From contig OY776510.1 of the NCBI GenBank assembly GCA_963675665.1, positions 1,824,001 to 1,888,000 on the forward strand: a DNA stretch of 64,000 nt, given 5' to 3'. How positions within the stretch are numbered: position 1 is the first letter of the stretch; each line of letters begins with the position of its first letter. Below the pieces are notes generated by a model. It made no database searches. It was not told where the DNA came from and worked only from the letters and a program-made list of their open reading frames with translations. The position numbers were made by a program, and so were the translations under genes. The DNA comes from Spirochaetia bacterium. Lineage in GTDB: Bacteria; Spirochaetota; Spirochaetia; UBA9216. Positions 58,144 through 64,000 of the stretch are shown here, in pieces.

Positions 58144-59346
58144 ATGAAGATATTAATTTTAGGCGGCGGCGGGTTAATGGGTTCCGGTACTGTGAGGGAT
58201 CTTGTTTCCGGCCAGTCCTCCGGTTCCGGTATTAAAGAGGTAATAGCAGCTGATTATGACATTGCTGCGGTTAGGAAACTTGCAACTGAGCTTGGTGATC
58301 CGAGAATTACACCGGTCGGGGTTGACGTCAGGGACGCAGCCGGCGTAAAGGACCTGCTCGAAAAGGCGGATCTGTGCATAAATGCTGTTCCCACTTTTTT
58401 GGATCTGCAGCTTGATATTTTTCATTACTGTCTTGAAACGCACACGCCCTATGTTGATTACGGCGGAATGGGAATATACACTGAAAAACAGAAAGCTGAA
58501 CATGATAAATGGGTTGCTGCCGGCGTTCCGGCAATTCTCGGGCTGGGAGCTGATCCGGGAATGTCCAATGTTATCTGCCGTTCTGTGGCCGATGAACTTG
58601 ACACGATCGACAGTATTAACCTTTTTTGGGCGGCGAAGCTTGACGGACCGGATAACCCGGTGCTGGTGCCGGCATACAGTACTTTAACTCTGCTTGCAGA
58701 GTTTGCCCGCCCGAGCAAACAGTTTTACGACGGAAAACTGGTGGAGATGCCGCCGCAAAGCGGTAAAGTTACAAAAATTCTGCCGGAGCCTTTCGGCAAA
58801 ACGGAATTTATGCATTCGATGCATTCCGAACCGTTAACCGTACCTTTTTCAAGGGGTATTAAAGAAAAGGGAATCAGGGAAATGACATGGCGGCTGCATC
58901 TGCCCGAATATGAAAATTCATTATGGAAATCCATGGTTTCAGCCGGGTTCGGAGATTTTGATGATCCTGTTGATTTTCATGGTAATAAAATTATGCCCGG
59001 AGAGTTTCTGGAATTATTGATAAAAAGAAATATTGAGCGGAACAGCTCGCTGATTCCGGAACAAACCTATTATGAGATTCATTTCGCAACGGGCATCGGA
59101 ACAATAAACGGTATGCCGGCTGAGGTTACAACAACAGTAATGGTGAATCCGGATCCCTTATATGAAAAGTATAATGATGCGGGAACATCAATGAACTGTT
59201 CAATAGGAGCACAGATGCTTGGTCTTGATCTTGTCCGGCCCGGAGTCTGGGGGCCTGAAGAGTGCCTTGATGTCGGCAGATATTTTGAAGAATTGAGAAA
59301 AAGAAAATTTGAAATCAAAACTGAAATCACAGTTATTAAAAAATAA
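58144..59346 (+). CDS. Saccharopine dehydrogenase-like oxidoreductase (paralog 1)
   Basis: GGGGLMG Rossmann, YVDY, GLGADPG, HSEP. Confidence 0.85.
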   Translation: MKILILGGGGLMGSGTVRDLVSGQSSGSGIKEVIAADYDIAAVRKLATELGDPRITPVGVDVRDAAGVKDLLEKADLCINAVPTFLDLQLDIFHYCLETHTPYVDYGGMGIYTEKQKAEHDKWVAAGVPAILGLGADPGMSNVICRSVADELDTIDSINLFWAAKLDGPDNPVLVPAYSTLTLLAEFARPSKQFYDGKLVEMPPQSGKVTKILPEPFGKTEFMHSMHSEPLTVPFSRGIKEKGIREMTWRLHLPEYENSLWKSMVSAGFGDFDDPVDFHGNKIMPGEFLELLIKRNIERNSSLIPEQTYYEIHFATGIGTINGMPAEVTTTVMVNPDPLYEKYNDAGTSMNCSIGAQMLGLDLVRPGVWGPEECLDVGRYFEELRKRKFEIKTEITVIKK

Positions 59347-59367
59347 AACGCTTTTAAGGAGATAAAA

Positions 59368-60627
59368 TTGAAACGAGTATTGGTCATCGGTGCAGGTGCA
59401 CAGGGCGGACCCTGTGCTTCGATACTTGCCAGGGGTTCCGAAATGGAGGAAGTTATTCTTGCCGATATTGATATGGATTTATGCCGAAAGGTTAAAAATA
59501 AAATCGGAAGCGGCAAGGTTTCTGCCGTGAAACTAAACGCGGGCAACGTAGAAGAGATTGAAAGAGCTGCCCGGGGGTGTGATGTTGTCATTAACCTGAC
59601 CCTTCCTGTATTCAGCGAAAAAATAATGCAGGCAGCTTTGAATGCGGGGGCCCATTATGTGGATACCTCGTTCGGCGAACCCGAACTGATGGATATCTGC
59701 GCAAGGGACAACATATTGTCCCAGATTATAGAAGGACGAGACCTTCTGCTTGATAAGGAATTTAAAAATGCCGGCTTGACAGCACTTGTCGGCTGCGGCG
59801 GAACCCCGGGTTTTCTTAATGTGGGCGTAAGATACCTGTGCGATAAACTCGATGAAGTTGAAGAAATACGAATGAAATTCGGCGAAGGTCCTGTAGGGAA
59901 TCAGCCTGAAGAACTTGTCGCCGGAGCATGGAATCCCGGATGGAACCCTTTCAGGGCCCTTTGGGGTTATGCGGTTGAACCCGCAATATTCAGAAACGGC
60001 AAATACGAAACATCTCCGATATTCGGCGAACCTGAAGTGTACAAGTTTCCCGATCCTCTTGGAGAGATAGCAATATGTCACCACCAGCACCAGGAGCAGG
60101 TTACGCTGCCGTTTTTTATCGGAAAGGGAATAAAGTACTGTGAATTTAAATACCCGGTTGATAATCAGGCTGCAACCTTCGTTAAAATGGGATTTGGTAA
60201 ACCAGATACAATAACGGTGAATGGTCAGGAAGTCTCACCAAGGGACGTTCTTATGAAAATGATGGTGCCGCCTGGTAATGTTTTTCTGGAAGAAAATGAG
60301 AAAACCGCGGCGGAACCTCTTGAGGCCACACAGATATGGGTAGTTGAAGTTAAGGGCCTTGAAGGCGGAAAACCCGTTACCTATACCTTGTCGGAGCCCT
60401 ATACCTTCATCCTGACAACCGAGGATAAAATAAAGGTTTACGACCTCTTCGGCTCCACTGATGTCGGCGTGGCCCTGCCTGCCGTTATCGGTGCGAAGAT
60501 GTGTTCATCGGGACGTACAGAATCAGGGACAATATCCTCCGAATGCCTCGATCCGAATATTTTTCTGAAACTTCTGGCGGAAACCGGCGTCCCCCTTTCC
60601 GTGGAAGATAGAGTCGTAAGGAGTTGA
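59368..60627 (+). CDS. Saccharopine dehydrogenase-like oxidoreductase (paralog 2)
   Basis: GAGAQG, HYVDT, GCGGTPG, HQEQVTLP. Confidence 0.85.
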   Translation: MKRVLVIGAGAQGGPCASILARGSEMEEVILADIDMDLCRKVKNKIGSGKVSAVKLNAGNVEEIERAARGCDVVINLTLPVFSEKIMQAALNAGAHYVDTSFGEPELMDICARDNILSQIIEGRDLLLDKEFKNAGLTALVGCGGTPGFLNVGVRYLCDKLDEVEEIRMKFGEGPVGNQPEELVAGAWNPGWNPFRALWGYAVEPAIFRNGKYETSPIFGEPEVYKFPDPLGEIAICHHQHQEQVTLPFFIGKGIKYCEFKYPVDNQAATFVKMGFGKPDTITVNGQEVSPRDVLMKMMVPPGNVFLEENEKTAAEPLEATQIWVVEVKGLEGGKPVTYTLSEPYTFILTTEDKIKVYDLFGSTDVGVALPAVIGAKMCSSGRTESGTISSECLDPNIFLKLLAETGVPLSVEDRVVRS

Positions 60628-60631
60628 CTGT

Positions 60632-61849
60632 ATGTTTAAATACCTGATAGTCGGCGCCGGGGCACAGGGCGCCGCTTGCGCGTCAATTCTGGCCAATGAT
60701 GAGGAAACGGAAAAAGTTGTTCTGGCCGATATAAATATTGATCAGGCCCGAAGGGTCGTTGAACACATCGGATCAGCAAAATTTTTTGCAGAACGGGTAG
60801 ATGCTTCTGACGTAGAAGATATTGTAAGGCTTGCGAACGGGGTTGATATAATCCTTAATTTTGCTCTTCTGAAATTTAATCCGCAGATAATGCAGGCGGC
60901 AATGAAAGCCGGGGTGCATTATATTGATACGGCTTTTGATAACCCTATCTGGAATGAGCTTGAAACTGAATTCCCGCTGAAAGTCGGGCTGCAGTTTGAA
61001 GAGAAAAATATTACCGGAATTGTCGGTTGTGGAGGAGCCCCGGGGCTTATTAATGTGTTCGCCAGGCTTATCTGCGATACTATGGATACAGTCGAATCGA
61101 TAAAACTGAAAGTCGGCCACAGGGACCTGGCTAAAAAGGACAGGATAACAACCTGGATCCCATCATGGTGCCCGGAAATAGCATTAACGGATTATGCCGA
61201 TCCTCCGACAGTTTTTACAAACGGGAAATATACACAGGTTCCGGCATTTGCCGGGCAGGAGGAATATGAATTCCCCGGGCCGGTGGGAAAGAACCTGATA
61301 GCGCACCATCACCATGAAGAGCCGGTGACCCTTCCCAGGTTTATCGGAAAGGGTGTAAAGCATGTTGAGTTCAAATACGCGGTGGATCTTAACGCGGCGT
61401 CTTTTGTAAAGATGGGGTTTGCCGGTTACGACAAGATAAACGTAAAGGGCGTAGAAGTAGCGCCTATCGATGTATTAATGAAACTGGTAAAGCAGCCTTC
61501 GGACAATTTTTTCACGGAAAATGAAGAAACAGCGGCAAAAGATTCAACAATTCTGCACCCCTACCTGGTTGAAGTGGAAGGCGCCGTGAACGGTAAAATA
61601 TATAAACACAAGCTGTGGTATCCGTGTTCATTGACATCAAGCGGCAGTGAAAAACTGGAAGTCTTCAGGAAATTCGGAACAACAAATATTGCTGTCGCGT
61701 TGCCTGCTGTCGCCGGCGCAAAAATGATCCTCAAAGGAAAAGCCGATTTCGGAGTTATAGCTCCGGAATGTCTTGATCCGAAAGCATTCCTTAACGAAAT
61801 GGCTGAAACAGGGTGGGCCGTAAAGTATGAGGAAGAAATCGGTCGATAG
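60632..61849 (+). CDS. Saccharopine/carboxynorspermidine dehydrogenase-like oxidoreductase (paralog 3)
   Basis: GAGAQG, HYIDTA, GCGGAPG, HEEPVTLP. Confidence 0.85.
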   Translation: MFKYLIVGAGAQGAACASILANDEETEKVVLADINIDQARRVVEHIGSAKFFAERVDASDVEDIVRLANGVDIILNFALLKFNPQIMQAAMKAGVHYIDTAFDNPIWNELETEFPLKVGLQFEEKNITGIVGCGGAPGLINVFARLICDTMDTVESIKLKVGHRDLAKKDRITTWIPSWCPEIALTDYADPPTVFTNGKYTQVPAFAGQEEYEFPGPVGKNLIAHHHHEEPVTLPRFIGKGVKHVEFKYAVDLNAASFVKMGFAGYDKINVKGVEVAPIDVLMKLVKQPSDNFFTENEETAAKDSTILHPYLVEVEGAVNGKIYKHKLWYPCSLTSSGSEKLEVFRKFGTTNIAVALPAVAGAKMILKGKADFGVIAPECLDPKAFLNEMAETGWAVKYEEEIGR

Positions 61850-61872
61850 ACCTCCAGAAAGTATTTAAAAAT

Positions 61873-61908
61873 GGGAATCTCTAAAAACTGCAGTTTTTAG
61901 AGATTCCC
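61873..61908. repeat. Perfect 36-bp palindrome
   Basis: GGGAATCTCTAAAAACTG|CAGTTTTTAGAGATTCCC between convergent genes. Confidence 0.85.
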
Positions 61909-61966
61909 CAATATCAAAACCGGTTTCCCCGTTGTTTTCGCTCAGACATCGGGGAAGCCTTTTACC

Positions 61967-62578
61967 CTACTTGACCTTTATATAGTAATAAACAGCAACG
62001 TTTTTGGGACGGGTTTCGGGGCCTGTGCGCGGCGTCCCGTTTGTTCCGTCTGTGTAGATTTCTGCAAACGAATCCTGATTGTTAAATCGTGCTATTGCGT
62101 AAGATCCGTTACCAATGTTTGTATACTCGTCGTTGCCTAATGCCTCAGCTCCAACTGACAGGGTGTGACCCTGGAACTGATCCTCCTGGAAATCTCCGAC
62201 GGATCTTGTGTCTGGGTCCTGATACCCGTCGTTTCTGCTCTCGTTAAGGCCTCTCAGAAACATTCCCCTCAAGTCGGGCAGATTTGCCTTACCCGTTGCG
62301 GCGGTGTATTCGGCAGTGGCTGCCGAGCCGTCGGCAAGAGCATACCTGTCTCCTGCTGTCGCATACATCTGAACGGGAGTAAGCATGGAGGTTATTATCG
62401 TACCTACAGGGGCTTCTCCGGCATTTAAAGTTTTAATATAATTCAGCAGTGTGTTAAAGTTTTCGTTCATTGAGGCTGCCGACACCACCTCGCCTGCTGA
62501 AAAGATGTTGGGTCTAGTCTGTGCAGAAAGATCTAAACTGATCAGGATAAGACAAAGAATAACAATTATTTTTTTCAC
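61967..62578 (-). CDS. Secreted protein with phage tail-collar/tail-fibre-like domain
   Basis: GTG start after SD CAGGAG; signal peptide ending LSA-Q; PVGTI, NLPDLRGMFLRG, GDFQEDQFQGH, ETRPKNVAVYYYIK. Confidence 0.8.
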   Translation of the reverse strand: MKKIIVILCLILISLDLSAQTRPNIFSAGEVVSAASMNENFNTLLNYIKTLNAGEAPVGTIITSMLTPVQMYATAGDRYALADGSAATAEYTAATGKANLPDLRGMFLRGLNESRNDGYQDPDTRSVGDFQEDQFQGHTLSVGAEALGNDEYTNIGNGSYAIARFNNQDSFAEIYTDGTNGTPRTGPETRPKNVAVYYYIKVK

Positions 62579-62679
62579 TTTTATTAACTCCTGATATATC
62601 TTAGAGTTAGATTGGATCATTGTCAATGAAAATTACTATCCTTGTGTTCTTGGATAACTCATGGTACTCTTTAAACATA

Positions 62680-63549
62680 ATGAAAAAAAGATTACCTTTC
62701 AGATTAAAATTTATTTGGTTTACATGTTTGATTCCGTTCTTTTTTGCTGTTGAAATATCTGCTCAGGAATCTAATCCCATCATAACTGTTCTTGATTTTA
62801 AAACCGGCAGTATTGCCGAAAGCGATATGCAGCTCATTGTGACTATGCTTTCAACTGAACTGTTCAATACCGGAAAATACACTGTTATTGATGCCAGTCA
62901 ACGAGATGTAATTCTGGCCGAGATGGCATTCTCTCTTTCCGGATGTGCTGACGAATCGTGTCAGTTGGAAGTAGGAAAAATGCTATCGGCGGATATGATT
63001 GTTGTCGGAAGCGTCGGCAGGGCCGGAAGCAGACTGATTCTTGATACGAAGATCCTGAGGACCGAGACAGGAGAAACTGTATATACGGCCAACGGTAAAT
63101 ACGTTGAAACTGATGAGCTGATCGATGATCTCCCTTTTATTGCACTGAAACTGACCGGAGATACTGCTGCCGGGCTCGAACCGGTTGAAAAGCAGCTGAC
63201 GGCAAGAGAAATTACCGGCTGGTCGCTAATCGGCGGCGGTGCTGTTCTGGGCATGATCGGAGGGGTTCTTATGGCTACTGCAGCTGATTATAAAATTTCA
63301 ACGGTCGATGTTTCTTACCAGGCTTATCAGGATGCCTGGTACGGGGATGATTTTGAGACCCTTCGCGCAGATTATCTTGATAATCTTGAATCGTATAAAC
63401 TGAAATCGATATCGGGTACGGCTGCTGCAGGAGCAGGCATTGGATGTCTGGCTGCGGGTATTGTTCTTCTGCTGTTGCCCGATACGGCTGATAACAATGT
63501 CAGTGTAGAAGCAGGGCCTTCGGCTTTGGCTTTCAGGTTGTCGTATTAG
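62680..63549 (+). CDS. Secreted protein with CsgG/HfaB-like domain and C-terminal hydrophobic hairpin (paralog of 35359)
   Basis: Signal peptide; TVLDF, ELFNTGKYTVID, FSLSGCADESCQLEVGKMLSA, IVVG; ends LAFRLSY. Confidence 0.65.
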   Translation: MKKRLPFRLKFIWFTCLIPFFFAVEISAQESNPIITVLDFKTGSIAESDMQLIVTMLSTELFNTGKYTVIDASQRDVILAEMAFSLSGCADESCQLEVGKMLSADMIVVGSVGRAGSRLILDTKILRTETGETVYTANGKYVETDELIDDLPFIALKLTGDTAAGLEPVEKQLTAREITGWSLIGGGAVLGMIGGVLMATAADYKISTVDVSYQAYQDAWYGDDFETLRADYLDNLESYKLKSISGTAAAGAGIGCLAAGIVLLLLPDTADNNVSVEAGPSALAFRLSY

Positions 63550-63558
63550 GGGGCCGGA

Positions 63559-63750
63559 ATGAAAAAAATAATCTTGTTGATATTGGTTGCAACGGTATTT
63601 TTACTGACGACATGTAAAAATTTATGGGATTTTGAGCAGCTGCCTCTGAACAATATTGCAGATCCATCAGCTGCTGAATATATAGACAGATTAACCGTTA
63701 CCGCTGTCTGGGAGGACAGCCAGTGGGACGGCGCCGTTTTCGGCGAATAA
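63559..63750 (+). CDS. Small lipoprotein (63 aa)
   Basis: MKKIILLILVATVFLLTTC signal; LPLNNIADP; C-terminal WEDSQWDGAVF. Confidence 0.7.
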   Translation: MKKIILLILVATVFLLTTCKNLWDFEQLPLNNIADPSAAEYIDRLTVTAVWEDSQWDGAVFGE

Positions 63751-63778
63751 TATAAGGAAAGGTCTTTAAGGAAAGAGT

Positions 63779-64000
63779 ATGAAAAAATCATTATTAATTA
63801 TTATCATCGCTGCTTTGTTTTCAGCGGCAGTCACAGCACAGAGCATCCCGAACAGCTTTACCGCCGGAGATGTAATTTCGGCCGCGGATATGAATGAGAA
63901 CTTCCAGGCGCTTCTACTTTTAATCAATCAGGTTGAAGGCGGCGGCACTGTAGGCGATGTGGTCTGCTCAATGCTTACCGAAGCCCAGTTTCAGTCCCAG
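63779..64000 (+). CDS. Second secreted tail-collar-like protein (paralog of 61967), truncated by window end; absent from the ORF track
   Basis: Translated by hand: MKKSLLIIIIAALFSAAVTAQSIPNSFTAGDVISAADMNENFQALLLLINQVEGGGTVGDVVCSMLTEAQFQSQ. Confidence 0.8.
   Translation, partial: MKKSLLIIIIAALFSAAVTAQSIPNSFTAGDVISAADMNENFQALLLLINQVEGGGTVGDVVCSMLTEAQFQSQ

Noticed and set aside
515-61120. Many long antisense or alternate-frame ORFs in the track (e.g. 25481-26074, 40588-41214, 49025-49696)
   Set aside because: Fully overlapped by well-supported genes and lacking motifs; consistent with codon-bias shadows.
61967-62626. Prophage call from the tail-collar domain
   Set aside because: No integrase, terminase, capsid or baseplate genes in the window, and the protein has a Sec signal peptide.

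Overview
About 64 kb of a chromosome from an anaerobic bacterium, most likely a free-living spirochaete. This is inferred from the class I lysyl-tRNA synthetase and the many lipoproteins. The window is densely coding, and I saw no rRNA, tRNA, CRISPR array or transposase. Contents in order: a sugar ABC transporter operon ending in a UroD/MtaA-family gene; a fused CoA-dehydratase activase; housekeeping genes (rlpA, lysS, era, clpP, purC); rex divergent from a bifurcating-type [FeFe]-hydrogenase operon, with a Rex box between them; a DRTGG/CBS-kinase/DRTGG/PHP operon; an nqrBCDEF-like operon with no NqrA; desulfoferrodoxin and rubredoxin; a class I fumarase; a GDP-mannose-3,5-epimerase-like/GHMP-kinase/double-nucleotidyltransferase operon under a XylR-type regulator; and an Lrp-linked NhaC-type transporter with three saccharopine-dehydrogenase-like paralogs. 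Best candidates for undescribed biology: (1) a twice-occurring module of a CsgG-like protein plus an LPxxNxxDP lipoprotein, one copy flanked by two Sec-secreted phage-tail-collar-like paralogs (possible surface fibre display system); (2) a putative Leloir-like, NDP-sugar-dependent L-hexose catabolic operon; (3) the NqrA-less Nqr-like complex; (4) the triple dehydrogenase operon with 30-bp-phased operator repeats. There is also a 154-bp MITE-like element and repeated leaderless-type promoter geometry. All functional calls come from motif recognition by eye; no searches were run.
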